A DNA stretch of 64,000 bases from Octopus bimaculoides (Eukaryota), in contig NC_069000.1 of NCBI RefSeq assembly GCF_001194135.2, forward strand, positions 18,512,661 to 18,576,660, read 5' to 3'. The translations under genes were made by a program, and so were the position numbers. Position 1 is the stretch's first letter. Every line of letters begins with the position of its first letter. Shown piece after piece: positions 13,216-27,323 of this stretch. Below the pieces are notes generated by a model. That model had not been told where the DNA came from. It made no database searches and saw only the letters and a program-made list of their open reading frames with translations.

Positions 13216-13994
13216 CTCACACATATCAGGAAGATACCCAAATAGATTTAAAAACACGCATGCACATACAAACACACACACACACATACATATATGTACG
13301 CATGTGTGGGGTGTAGATGTATGTATGTATTTATGTGTGCATGTATGTCTGTGAGTGTGCAGTTTAGAGAGAGAGAGAGAGGGAGGAGGGAGAGAGAGTG
13401 AGAGAGAAAGAAAGAAAGAAAAAGATAAACAACAAAGAACGACTGAGTGAGTGACATTGAGACGTAGCACGAAGTAGTAGAGGAAGAAGGAGGAGACAGA
13501 GAGTGAGTTTGTTTCTAGTATCTGACCACCATCGTCATCGTCGCCTCCATCTCTTCATTCCAGCTATGCAGTGCTTACACATACAAGGTAGCTTCATTCA
13601 GCCTTCGATATATATATATTTCAATTTGTTCGATCTATTTACAACTCTCTCTGTATGTGTATCTCTCTCTCTCTCTTCCTACATCCTCTTTCTCTCTCTC
13701 TATGTCTATACATCTAACTACCTATCTATCTACATACCTTACCTAATTAGTAAGTTAGGCTTAAGCTTAGTTTGTGAGAGCAACGACCCTTTGCTTCCTA
13801 ATCGAAATGTATTTTATTTATTTATTAATTTTAGTATGATTTTTTTTGTTGCTTTTGGAAAAATGGGTACAAGGTGGAGTGGTTTGTCGGGTGGATCTTT
13901 TTATCAAACCCGTTTTCTCTTTCTTCGTCTCGTTCTCACGTTCTCACTCCTTCTTTTCGCAACCGACCCCATTTATTCATATATACATACACAC

Positions 13995-14067
<73 letters not shown>

Positions 14068-15076
14068 ATGCATATATATTATGTGTGTATGTGTTAAGCG
14101 ATGTGCAATGTACATACGCTAAACATGATATATGCATGACTATATATTAAAGCATATCTATTTATGTATCTATCTATCTATCTGTCAATATACATTAAAT
14201 ATTGTAATATGATACACACACACACACATATATAAACTTATATTTTATACATTGTATAACATTAAATGTACAATATATACATACACATGTATGTGTATGT
14301 TACAACGATATGTATACATGTTCGGGTTAAACAATATATATGTTATATACTTTGATACTCTGATGTGTATGTATTAAACGATATGCATTATACACACACA
14401 CACACACACACATTACATTCTGCTATGTTACTGAGTACATTTTCTAGTTCGTTAATATACGTTTGTAAACAATTCAAGATACGTGTGTGTGTGTGTGTGT
14501 GTAATATATATATATATGTGTGTGTGTGTGTGTATAATTTAAAATATATACGGTTGACCAGTGATGCACGTCGTTTTTCAGAGATGGTCAGATGTTCCTC
14601 AGCTTCATGAGTTAAAACTTTATGGATCACAAAATATATATTTTACTTTTACTTTTTGATTTCATTATCCAACGCCTCTAGAACATAAAACATTTTAAAA
14701 TGAAGAAATTAATTTATACATTGTTTAATAAGACAAATATACATTCACTTTAGTTTGATTTTGCTCGTAAGGTTGTCTTTAATGTAAAGAAGAATCGCCG
14801 ACTTTTTTTGATCTTACGAAACACGTCGTGGATCATCAAATCTTAGCTAATAAACTGCTGGTGGTCCTCTTGCATTATGTTGTTATATCATCAGTACCGT
14901 AAGGTCTCATATAAGTAAAATAACGAGTTGAAGAACTTCGTAACTAAGATTATCCTCGCATTTAGAAGATAAAACTCCCTGAAGAGTGTTTAAAACTAAA
15001 GAGAGAAAAAGGAAACAAGAGACACAACTCCAATAACATAAGCTAATTTGGAATTTTGGGAAATTGTGTAGGCACG

Positions 15077-15153
<77 letters not shown>

Positions 15154-15300
15154 CTCTCTCTCTCTCTCTCTCTCTCGCTCGCTCGCTCACAAAATAAATA
15201 TTTATAGAAATATAATATATAATTAATAAATATATATAATATACAATAAATATATATAAAATAAAAATATAATGTAATATAGTATATGATATAACACAAT
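11990..15300. repeat. Microsatellite-dense domain: (GA)n, (GGA)n, (TA)n, (CA)n, (CT)n
   Basis: Directly visible, e.g. (CA)n-(CT)n at 15078-15180; explains the low-complexity ORFs here. Other tracts: (GA)n 3860-3905, (TACA)n 6992-7038, (AAT)n 39570-39622, (CATA)n 46065-46123, (TAGA)n 55075-55105. Confidence 0.95.
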
Positions 15301-15983
15301 AATTCTTAGGTTAGTCATCTAGATATGTTCCTAAAAATGCAGTGCTGAACGAAACTGCTAAATGTGGTCATTAACATAGCATAAACAGAAATATGAGCCC
15401 TATAGGCTATTTCTAACAATGATCTGAACACAAATGAAAGTGCTAAATATTGCCAAAAGCATTTATTAATTTTTGGTAACCTCACTTAGTGCAATGTTAC
15501 ACATTGTGATCTACGGTTGTGATAAAATTATGAAACATCCATCCATTTATCTTCTCTGCCCACTATTCCTGGGAGGGTCATGTGAATAAAGTCCTCTTGT
15601 TTTGCTTCCCTCTCTGTTAGGAGGCACAAAGTACTTACACACACATATACACACAGTAGTAACTTCCGCCTACCAAATTTAAATACAAAGCTTCAGTCGG
15701 CCTAAGGCTATAGCAGAAGACACTTGCCACACCGTAGGACTGAACCCAAAACCATGTAGCTGGAAAGCAAGCTTCCTAACCACACAGCCATGCCTGCACT
15801 TCCATAAGGTCGTATCATGAGCAACAGTCATTACACTTTCCAGCTGGATTCTCAAACGTTACTGAGACTGGATATTATCCAACCATCTCGTTTTGATCGA
15901 CTCCGAGGTCCCTTGCCAGTTGGCTCAGCTTGAATCCAGTTTGCAATTTTTTTCTGTGACATTCTAATCACATGTCTATAATA

Positions 15984-16372
15984 GGCGTGGGAGTGACTGT
16001 GTGGTAAGTAGCTTGCTTACCAACCACATGGTTCCGGGTTCAGTCTCACTGCATGGCACCTTGGGCAAGTGTCTTCTACTATAGCCTTGGGCCAACCAAA
16101 GCCTTGTGAGTGGATTTGGTAGACGGAAACTGAAAGACGCCCGTCGTATATATGTATCTGTATATATATGTTTGTGTGTCTGTGTTTGTCTCCCCAACAT
16201 CGCTTGACAACCGATGCTGGTGTGTTTATGTCCACGTAACTTAGCGGTTCGGCAAAAGAGAACTGATAGAATAAGTACTAGGCTTACAAAGAATAAGTCC
16301 TGGGGTCGATTTGCTTGACTAAAGGCGGTGCTCCAGCATGGCCGCAGTGAAATACTGAAACAAGTAAAAGAG
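15984..16372 (+). mobile_element. Full-length CORE-type tRNA-derived SINE, family A
   Basis: Box A GTGACTGTGTGG, box B GGTTCAGTC, CORE motif CCTTGGGCAAGT, internal TA/TG microsatellite, tail ..ACTGAAACAAGTAAAAGAG. Confidence 0.88.
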
Positions 16373-16673
16373 AAAAAGAGAGAGAGAGAGAGAGAGAATA
16401 CTGGAGCTGCGACTCTTAATGTAGAGAAGTAGGGGCTCACCCTGGAAGGAGTCCCTGATCTGTGAGCTAAACAACCTGCTGAATAACATAACTGTAGAGA
16501 TTCTTCAGAGGAACCCCTAATTTGGCCACTTGTATTCATAATTGTTGACCTCTTTTGCTGAGCTAAGTTACCGGAATGTAAACAAGCTAACACTAGATTC
16601 AAGCAGTGTGGGTAAAAAAATACAGACATATACACATGCGCATATATACATATACAAGTTTCCATATAGTTTC

Positions 16674-16905
16674 CTATTTCTTTATTGCCCACAAGGAGCT
16701 AAACATAGAGGGGACAAACAAGGACAGACAAAGGGATTAAGTCGATTACATCAACCCCAGTGCATAACTGGTACTTAATTTATCGACCCCGAAAAGATGA
16801 AAGGCAAAGTCAACCTTGGCGGAATTTGAATTCAGGACTTAATGGCAGACGAAATACCGCCAAGCATTTTGCCCGGCGCGCTAACGTTTCTGGCAGCTGG
16901 CCGCC
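16674..16905 (-). mobile_element. Family B SINE inserted into a family A SINE
   Basis: Perfect 15-bp TSD tttccatatagtttc at 16659-16673 and 16906-16920; host SINE pieces on both sides. Confidence 0.9.
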
Positions 16906-18249
16906 TTTCCATATAGTTTCTGCCTACCAAATTCACTCGTAAAGCCCAGTTGTTGTTGAGTTCAAGGTGCTGCACAGTGGGACTGAACCTGAAACCACAT
17001 CACTGTGAAATGATAATCATAATTTTTATGTTAACCCTCTAAGCTAGCATTACTTGGATGGTTCAGCAGGATCTGATGGAGTGGAGAACATTGTTTTGGT
17101 TTAACCCTTTAGAGTTCACATTATTCTGTCAAAAGTAATACTTATTTATTCACATTGTTTTGAAGTAATCATGCATTATTTTGTAGCTTTGAGATTTCGA
17201 TGAGCTAACTATTAATTTAGTAGGTATGTTGGTGTGTAAATTATAGCAAACTTGTCACGAAAACAAAGAGGTGTGTGTTCGAGTCGCATGCATACGGAAA
17301 ACCCACTTTTTGAACTTTGGGCTTCACGGAGGCAGTGACAATTGACCAAGACTTTTGGCAATATACTGTGCTTGAGAAGACCTGTCAAGCCAAGTGAGAT
17401 TGCAGTTGTGGTCGATGCTGGTGTTTTGTAACTGGCACCTGTACCAGTGGCACATAAAAAACACCCACTACACTCTTGGAGTGGTTGGAGTTAGGAAAGG
17501 CATCCAGCTGTAGAAACCATGCCAAGTCAGACTAGAACCTGGTGCTGCTCCCCAGATTACCAGTTTTCAATCAAACTGTCCAACCCATGCCAGCAGGAAA
17601 AAATGGACGTTAAATGATGATGATGAATGATGTTGTAGGGTTGGTGTGAGAGGCCAGGTCTGGTCAGTTTGAATACAAAATAATTAGAATATTTTAGTAG
17701 GATGTGGCTGATTTGAATGCTAGAAAGTTAATCTCTTTATTTCAGCATGCTTTCTATAGCTGGATACCCTTGCTAACACCAAACCAGCTTACAGACTCTA
17801 CTAGATGCATTCTTCATGACACCAGCACTATATAGGTTGTCTTACTCTTGGCATGACTAAAGAGTCTTCTCAACACTGTTGTCTCTGCTTGATTTGCCTG
17901 CATATGAATATATATGCATGGATATGTTTATATACATAAATTTGTGTATATATCATAATTATCTTTTTTAATGTCTATGCTTGTGTGGTTTGGATGTGTC
18001 CTCTCCAACTCAGCATCCCTCTATTATGCTTTCAGTACATCCTCCTCTACTGCTATTTGGTCATCTAGAGAACAGAAGCTATCAACTACTTCTATAGAGT
18101 ATTACAAGGAAATTGTTTAGCTTGTGGTCTGAGGGCTCACTACTCTCATACATCTACTACATGTCTCCTGTACATCCATTGGTTATATAGGATCCACTAT
18201 CTGGAATTTCTACTTACTCTTTTACTATAGCTGTTTCTTTGCTGTTCTC

Positions 18250-19080
18250 AGTGTCCTGTTTTTCCTATTAGGGAAGTTGTACAGGAAGTTATCACACCCA
18301 AGGACTGGTGTGGTAGCATCATAGGCCTGTTCGATATGGAAAAGGTGTAAGTAGAAATTCCATAGTATACCCAGTGCAAACTATAGACACATAAAAGGGG
18401 TGGGGCAATCACAAGGTTAATATAGAAAGTTGACTTTGTGGCAGATGCATAGGAGCAATAAAAACTAAGAACACACAAGAAATATACTTTCTCAAATGCT
18501 TAGGAGGATCCTTAGAGGTAGTAGATAGTTTTTGTTACCTAAGGAGACCTAATTAACAGTGGAGGGGGATGTTCTGAAAGTATAGTTGCTAGAATAAGAA
18601 TCTACTGGAGAATGTTTGGAGAGCTGTAACCTCTGTTGATAACAAAAGATTGTATAATGCTTGAGTATTAACTGTGATGTTATGTGGTTGTGAGACATGG
18701 GCCATGGATGCAGAGGATATGTGAAAGCTTGAAAAGAATGAAGCTGGTATCCTTTGTTGAATGTGCAACAAAGTGAAAAATGTGTTGCAAAAAAATTTGG
18801 CATAAGAGACATCAGATATGGTATGCAAAAGAGAAGACTGCACTGATATGGTCATGTGATTAAGAGGGATAAATACAACTGCATAAAGAAGTGCCTATCA
18901 CTAAACATGGACAGAACCTGTGGAAGAATGAGACCCAGGAAGGTGTAGGATGAAGTAGTGAAAACCGACCTCAAGATGTTGAGCTTCAAAGAGACTACAA
19001 ATGACCAAAGTGATTGGCAATGTGCTGTGTTTGAGAAGACTTGTGCATCTCAGCAAAAATAAGATTCTGTTAAGCATTCC
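18250..19080 (+). mobile_element. RTE-clade LINE, degraded RT C-terminal region including a Cys/His module
   Basis: KGVSRNSI..CKL*THKR..FV.GRC, then LEVVDSFCYL..GGGCSESIVARIR, LCGCETWAM, LHWYGHV-like motifs; many stops. Confidence 0.85.
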
Positions 19081-19423
19081 TCCATGATTCATCTCTCAAC
19101 ACCAATCCCTTCATCACTTTTCTAACTATGGCACTACTCACTCAGCTGCTGTAAATGATACTATTTATCCCCCCCCCCCAACTGCACTCCACATAGTATT
19201 CATATTACTGTCCATATCACTTCCTCCTCCTCCTCACCCACTCTTATTTCCTTCACTTTATAGCCTAACTGATATTCACTATTGACCATGCCTCCACACA
19301 TGTGCCCCATTCATTTTATCTAGCTCTATCCCCATTTCTAACCATCTGTTATCCTCTTTTCATACTCTCACAAACTTACTTACCCACCCATCTTTCCAGT
19401 CCTTTTTCCCAATTCTCTCCCTT

Positions 19424-19466
<43 letters not shown>

Positions 19467-19700
19467 TCTTTTATTCCTTTACTTGTTTCAGTCATTTGAC
19501 TGCGGCCATGCTAGAGCACCGCTCTTTAGTCGAAGAAATCGACCCCACTTATTCTTTGTAAGCCTAGGACTTATTCTATTGGTTTCTTTTGTCAAACAAC
19601 TAAATTACAGGGATGTAAACACATCAACATCGGTTGTCAATCGATGGTGGGGTGACAAACAGACACACATACAAATATATACATACATACACACACACAC

Positions 19701-19781
<81 letters not shown>

Positions 19782-19891
19782 ATGGGCTTTCAGTTTCTGT
19801 CTACCAATGGTTTTGCATCCATAAAACACTTAGCTTTATAAACAATTCATCAGACACAATGGCTGTGGGTATATAACCTCTCTTTCAAACT

Positions 19892-19922
<31 letters not shown>

Positions 19923-20033
19923 ATATATGTATATGTGTGTATATATGTGTGTATGTATATATATATATGTGTATATATATATATATGTGTGTGTGTATAC
20001 ATATATATATATATATATATGTACGTATATATA

Positions 20034-20064
<31 letters not shown>

Positions 20065-20153
20065 TATAAAGATGTCACATATATATGTACATTTATCTAA
20101 ATTGTAATAATGATAATAATATTTCTATGTATGTGTATAGGTGTATGTCTGTG

Positions 20154-20198
<45 letters not shown>

Positions 20199-21674
20199 AT
20201 GTGGGGGGTTTGATAATCCCATTGCATGAAACAATATTCCCCAAAATTATCTTTATCATTTCCCGGTTATCTCAACCTCATCTTTGTGTTGTGAAGTGGT
20301 TTTGGTTTCAGTAACAATCTGTTTATAGTAGATGTTCATTATCATCATCATCACCATTGTTTAATGTCCGCTTTCTATGCTAGCATGGGTTGAATGGTTT
20401 GACATGGAGCTGGCTAGCAGGAAGCTGTCCAAACTAGAACTGTCTGTTGTGGCATGGTTTCTCTGGCTAGATGCCCTTTCTAATGCCTTACGTTATATAT
20501 TAATACAGAGTTTTGCCTCTATAACTTGACTGTTAGAATATTAGAGTTTTACATTATCTGATTTGCAGTTGTGAATTGTGTTGAATGTTAACTGTATTCT
20601 TGTGTTGGAATATTAGTATTACCTCTATGGTGGTGGTGAGTTGGCAGAATTCTTATGTTAGTATGTCAGACAAAGTGCTTAGCAGTATTTCATCTGTCTT
20701 CACGTTCTGAGTTCAAATTCTGCCAAGGTCCACTTTGCCTTTCGTCATTTTGGGGTCGATAAAATATGTACCAGTTGTATGTATATATATGTATATATAT
20801 ATATATATAAATTTAATGAATGGAGTAAAACGCATATTTTAACTGCATACTGGAATAAAAGTATGCGTTTTATTCCATTCATTAAATTTATATATACTCA
20901 AGTACCCAAAATATCAAGGAGTTTCTACCTCATAAACAGGAGTTACACCACAGTTATTTTGTGATCTTTGCTACCCTGGTATCTATTAACCAATTTATTT
21001 TGTCCAAGTTATTTATTAATTAGGAGAAAATAAATACATATAATAAAAAAAAATATATATATATATGTATGTATGTATATTAAAATTCTTCAATGCAGTG
21101 CCCCTGCGTGACTGCAGTCTAATGCCTTAAACAGTTAAACGATATATATGAATGATGTCTACCAAAGGCTATAATAGCAGACGTTTGACCAAAGTGACTT
21201 GCAGTGGTCTGAACGTGGAACTATGTGGTTGGGGAGCAAACATCTAACCACAAAATCACTCTGGGGGGATATATNNNNNNNNNNNNNNNNNNNNNNNNNN
21301 NNNNNNNNNNNNNNNNNNNNNNNNNNNNNNNNNNNNNNNNNNNNNNNNNNNNNNNNNNNNNNNNNNNNNNNNNNNNNNNNNNNNNNNNNNNNNNNNNNNN
21401 NNNNNNNNNNNNNNNNNNNNNNNNNNNNNNNNNNNNNNNNNNNNNNNNNNNNNNNNNNNNNNNNNNNNNNNNNNNNNNNNNNNNNNNNNNNNNNNNNNNN
21501 NNNNNNNNNNNNNNNNNNNNNNNNNNNNNNNNNNNNNNNNNNNNNNNNNNNNNNNNNNNNNNNNNNNNNNNNNNNNNNNNNNNNNNNNNNNNNNNNNNNN
21601 NNNNNNNNNNNNNNNNNNNNNNNNNNNNNNNNNNNNNNNNNNNNNNNNNNNNNNNNNNNNNNNNNNNNNNNNNN

Positions 21675-21710
<36 letters not shown>

Positions 21711-22619
21711 TGACTGTGTGGTACTCTAGGCAAGTGGCTTCTTCTACAGCTTCGGGTTGACCAAAGCCTTGTGGGTGGATTTGGTTGACGGTGACTGAAA
21801 GAAGTCTGTCATATGTGTGTGTTCGTCATCGCTTGACATCCGATGCCGGTGTGTTTATGTTCCCGTAGTGGTTCAGCGAAACAAACCGATAGAATAAGCA
21901 CTAGGTTTACAAAGAATAAGTGCTGGGGGCGATTTCTTCTTCGACTATAACCCCTTAAGGCGGTGCTCCAGCATGGCCGCAGTCAAATGTCTGAAACAAG
22001 TAAAAGAATCTATCTATCTATCTATGTATATATTTATCTATCTATCTATCTAGATAGATAGATAGATAGATAGATACGTGTGTGTCTGTACATATATGTA
22101 TATACACACACACAGATGTATATATATATACACGTAAACACACCGTTTTTTATGTCTATAGTCAGTGTACAAGTGTGTAAATATGTATCTACATAGTGCT
22201 AGTCAAAGTTTGTAGCGTGTCTTTTTTGCGTCCCCCACACTCCGCTTGCTCTACAACTGTTAAAAGACACGTGAACAAATTCGCCTCCTTCCTCCACTAA
22301 CACTCACACGGTTAACGCGCACGCACATAATTCCATTTTCTACCATTTCAATCTGGTTTTCCCTGCTTTCTCTTCCCTTCAGATAAATGCATGTTAATTA
22401 TATCTACTCAGTCGCTTGCTGATATAATCATAATCTCCCCCTTTCTTTCTTCTTGCCAGCTGCTTCTTGTTTCAGGAGGAGATAACTCTCAACGAGTTAT
22501 ATTTTTTCCCCCCTCATGTTTTATTACGTCGTAATATGTGTGCATGGATATAAGTGTATCTTATTTTCGTCGAAGCTGATCATTTCCCTGACAGAAAGAG
22601 TAGCGACGAAGTGAATCGT

Positions 22620-22680
22620 CTACTCTGGGCGGACGTATTAACTCTCCTATTTATTCAGCCAATATCGCGCGCGCGCTGTG
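22620..22680 (+). promoter_or_regulatory. Possible promoter elements about 3.2 kb upstream of the BTB exon
   Basis: GC box GGGCGG 22627-22632, CCAAT 22659-22663, and a (CG)5 run in a locally CpG-rich unique stretch of an otherwise CpG-poor window. Confidence 0.35.
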
Positions 22681-25600
22681 TGTGTGTGTGTGAATTGGAA
22701 TGAGATATGTTTTACTGCGAACATTCTTCATACGGCTGTCAAGTAACTTGAGGAAAAGTGCTGGAAAAATAGCATAAATTACAACAGGTGTTTTATAGAT
22801 TTTAGCAACTTCTGAATACGTTTGTACATTATGCTATTTATTTGTGTGTAATAAATACCATCTGTTTTCCAGATCTCTAAGCTTTAAAACTTGGGATGTG
22901 CATTATTTCCCAAGAACAAACACTTTGCTAAAGTAATTGTAGATGATGATGATGATGATGATTGTGGCATGCGCGCGCGTGTGTATACATATACAGCGTA
23001 TAATATATAATCTGCATATTTGTATTGTACACTATATGTATACAACTAGGGTCATCACCAAATCTACCTGCCAAGTTAGCAGCTGCCTCTTATTTCCCCT
23101 CCTCATTACCCAGAGAACTGGGTTTCTCCAACAAGTCATTTGATATTGACAACCAACTTCATGTTATCTATCAACTACTCTCTGCTTTTGTTTTATCCAT
23201 CTCTCACTTTTGTTCACATTCTTCCAACTCCACCCTTTTCCTCTGTATTGCTTATCCCTACATCACCCTCCTATCTACTTCATTATTCTGTCACTCTAAG
23301 AAATGAACTCAAAACCTGTTACTGCTTCCTGTATCATATCACCATTTCTGTATTGCCAGTCACTCTCTGAGCTACTCCCAAGTGACATCCAAGCATCATT
23401 CTTACCATTTCTTGACTCATATTTCCCATTGACTACCTCCACTCCAGTTCACCACTCATTACATTTATTTTTATACATCTGAGCACCTCCACCCTGTTTT
23501 TATATTCATCTCTCACTCTACCCCTAGAACTTGGTGACCTTGCCCATCCTTCTTAATTCTTTTGTTTTTGTGCTCTTTTCTCTTCATCTTCTTGGACATG
23601 TTACCCTTAGGATATTTTCTGGCAATATGTCACCATCATATTTACTTCTCTCTGACACCATTTCTAACCAGTCCTACTTATGCAAAATATGAGGGAATTT
23701 CTTAATTTAATATTTTATCATTTCCCAAAAGAGATTGTGTTAAAATTAGCTATGCAGCTTATAAAAAAAATTTAAATGTTATATCAGAGCTTACAGTGCA
23801 AAGCAGCTGAATTGTAACCAAGTATATATTATATAGCAAAACTGTTACTGTTGAAATCATGAAATTTTCCTACTTAATGGTAATTGTTTGGCAAAAACAG
23901 CAATGAAAAAGGGCTAAAGTAGAAACAAATAACAAAGAACCAAAAGAGTCTGACATAACAGGGCTGATCTTTAAGTATTGATTCTACCAACATACATATT
24001 GATTTATTAAACTTATTAAAAGTGATAGTTTGTCAAAATTCATCTGCTTTTTTGCCCAAGTCTATATGAGTTTGGGATTACTTGGTTATTTCACATTTGC
24101 AATGCAGTTCTATGTTTGTGTGGGAAGAAAAGATTTTTTTTCCAGATTAAGAATGAGTTAATTCTTCAAGGTATTAACACTATGCAATCATGCTAATAAA
24201 TATCTTTTAATTAACAATAATTCTGCTTGACTTATGAAGAAAAGAGATTATTTTTTGAAGTGATAATGACTTTCAAATAAAGGTTTTAAACCCATTTAGC
24301 ATTCAAACTACACTGTCAAATGTAATGCTTATTTATTCACATTGTTTTGTATCATGCAAATTCTAGTAGCTTTGAGATTTCAGTGATGTGATTGTTTGTT
24401 TTTAGAATGACATTATAGTGCAGGTGTGAGAGACCAGATCTGGTTGGTTTGAATGTAAAACAGATAAAAATATTTGGGTTGCATATGGCTGGTAGGGTTA
24501 AAAAAGGCAAATAAAAGTAATTTTAATGGTGTTTTAGAGTTATTTCCCTTGTATTCTTGACATAAAATTTGCTTGGAATTATTGAAATTAAAGATTTTGC
24601 TTGCATTATTAAAATAATAAATTTTATTGGGCATGAAGCAACAGAATAGATTTGAAACGTTGGAAGAGAATCCAAATGTGGAAGATTAAGGAAAGTAGTT
24701 GTTAAAATGTGTGATTTGCATATAATTAGTTTTTGAAATGATATTAGAATGAGGCTTAGATCTCTGCCTGTGTATCACATGATACACAGGATATATTTCT
24801 CTGGTATCCATGCATCATATATGATAGACATTCCCAATTTTGTTTTTTCAACCACCAGATTAACTTGGGACTTAGGCAAAGAAACAAGAGCTAAAACACA
24901 CATGGATGAAACAAGGACTAAAACACAGATGGATGTTTATGAAAATGCTTTGGACAGGAAAATAACTGTATAGACATAAAAGAAATTAACATTTTATGAT
25001 TAGTTGTTATTTGAATGAATACTGACAGGAAACTTATGAATTATGATAAGGTTTTATGACATGAAATTTTAGTGTTGTAACTGCTTATACCTAAGCATTT
25101 TATAAGATGACATTGTTTAGAAATTTTTTCTTCTCAAAGCCCATCATTTATAACCATACATATATATACATGTGTGTGTATATATATGTATATATATATG
25201 TATATATATATATGTTTATATTTATGTGTATATATATATGTTTATATTATGTGTATATGTATATATATATATGTGTGTGTGTGTGTGTCAGTGTTAATCT
25301 TATACAAGAATGTTGTTGACCGTGATTTCAAAGGTTCGGCCAGCTAAGCCACCATCCTGTGGTGTTTTGTCTTCTTCTTTTCAAACAGTGTATCTAGGAC
25401 TTCATTTTTCAATGCTTCTTTTATTTTTAAAGACAGCAGGATTGGGGTTGGTTTGAGAAAGATTTGGTAGCAGGTTAGATGACCATTTAGGCTCTTCTTA
25501 TTGTATGTGTTCCCTGTAATTGTTTTTGTATTCGATATGTCTAGTTGTTGTTATATGTGGTAGCTGTAGTTGTTTTTGTAGTTGTTGTGGACTGTGGCTT

Positions 25601-25842
25601 GTGGTTGTTGTTCATGTGTGACTTGTTGAAGTACACCTGTCCCTTCAGAGTTTGTTGATCTGATTAGTTAAATGTGGACCCTTAGATCTGTTATATGTAA
25701 TTTTTGTTTCAGTCTTATGTCTATAGTATTTTACACTCTGATGTACTTAATATTTTTAGCTGATGTAGATTAACCAAGTTTTTTATTCATTAAAAAAAAA
25801 TTTTTCTTTACAAATTATGCAAATATTTTTTTCTCTTTGCAG

Positions 25843-27323
25843 CATTGGCTGATTGGAAAAGATCTCATGTACTTGGTCAGTGTGTCAAGGAGTGCTGTGC
25901 TTGTTGCAAAGACTATATTGAAGGGGCTCCACCTACCAAGAAAACTTGGTTTGGGTTGGACACTGGTCAACATGTGGACAACTTCCGCATCATGCTGCAT
26001 CGTTTGTTCTCTTTGTATTCTGACCCTGAACTCAGTGATGTACAACTGGTGGTTGGCAAGAAAGTCTTCCTTGTACACAAACTCATTCTCAGCATGTGTA
26101 GTGATGTTTTCAAGACTATGCTGACCAATCCTCAATGGCCAGAATCCTATAAAGACCGTATCGTTCTCAAAGAAGAGCCAGAGTGCATCCAAGTGTTTCA
26201 GGACTTCATGAAATATATTTATACAGGTACCATCCATTTAACTCATGAGTCTGTATTACCAGTTCTTACCTTGGCAGACAAATATGGTATTACGGACTTA
26301 ACTGAAGTCTGTGTAGATTTCATGTGCAATCACTGTATGATGACTGGATCTTCAACTTCTGCAGTATCTTGGCTCCAGTATTCAGTCATGTGTGGCCACA
26401 AAGAAGTTGAAAAATCTTGTTTGCAGTTTATTTCTATGAATTTTCAAAAAATTATTTCAGCTCCAGATTTTTCAGCAATGTCTGTAGATTTTCTTGTGAC
26501 CTTTCTGAAGAGTTCTGACCTGATCATCCATGATGAACATACACTGTTTCTTGGACTTAAGAAATGGATCCTCTTACAGTCAGAAAAAACTGGCCATAAT
26601 GAGGAATCTGTAAAACAATTGGTGCTTCAAACTATACCGTACATTCGTTTTCCACTCATTCGCCTTTCACAGCTTCTAGCAATGAAGCAGGACAAATTCA
26701 TTCAAAGATTCAAAGCTGTCATTGATGAAAAAATAAACCATGCCATAAAATTTCATTCTGCAAAAGGAAATGATCGATTTATCCTTGACAGTGTCAGTGG
26801 TGAAAGTCTGCAATATGAAGCTCGTAACTACACCAGTGATATTTGGAGCACTGAACTCATGATTGAGAATTATCATGACTTGGGAGAATATGATGTCCGT
26901 GCTGCTTTCTTTTCTACACCAATCAGCAGTTCAGATGCTGATGAAAACTGCTGCTTTGACTGGCATGTTGATCTTTATCCAAAGGGTGTACTATTTGGCA
27001 GCTGTATGATGATTGGGTTGCAGCAGAACTTTGAAATTGAATCTTGTGCTTATAAAACTGTGCGTCTTTCTGTAAAAGCAATGTCCAAAATAGAGCGTCA
27101 CGTCCACATTACAGTCCTTACTGCAGGAATGAAAGATGGGGTTGAATACATAAAGAGGACAACTTCCAAAATTTGTTTCTTTGATGAACATTGTTTAGTC
27201 CACAACATTGACTATATTTTACCATATATGGACCTTAATGGCTCAGATTCCAAATACATGACAGGGCAGAATCATGATACATTTCGCATAATGATAATTA
27301 TTAAACCTGTCCTCAGAAGATAG
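25843..27323 (+). CDS. BTB/POZ-BACK protein, BTBD17-like; main coding exon (start codon probably in an upstream phase-1 exon)
   Basis: 492-aa open frame with BTB (SDVQLVVG..FLVHKLILSMCSDVFKTML..FMKYIYTG..LADKY), BACK (SCLQFISMNF..SSDLIIHDEHTLF..WI..IRFPLI) and ARNYT..W motif as in BTBD17. The track start is TTG immediately after the acceptor tttttttctctttgcAG|CA at 25841-25842. Confidence 0.92.

Noticed and set aside
12366-14150. Long ORFs of 200-300 aa (12366-13241, 12547-13470, 13503-14150)
   Set aside because: Translations of (TA)n/(CA)n/(GA)n microsatellites (YIYI, SLSL, CVCV); no domain content.
18330-18470. Cys/His (PHD-like) module inside the RTE RT region
   Set aside because: A feature I recall from other RTE-clade elements and decayed here; not novel.
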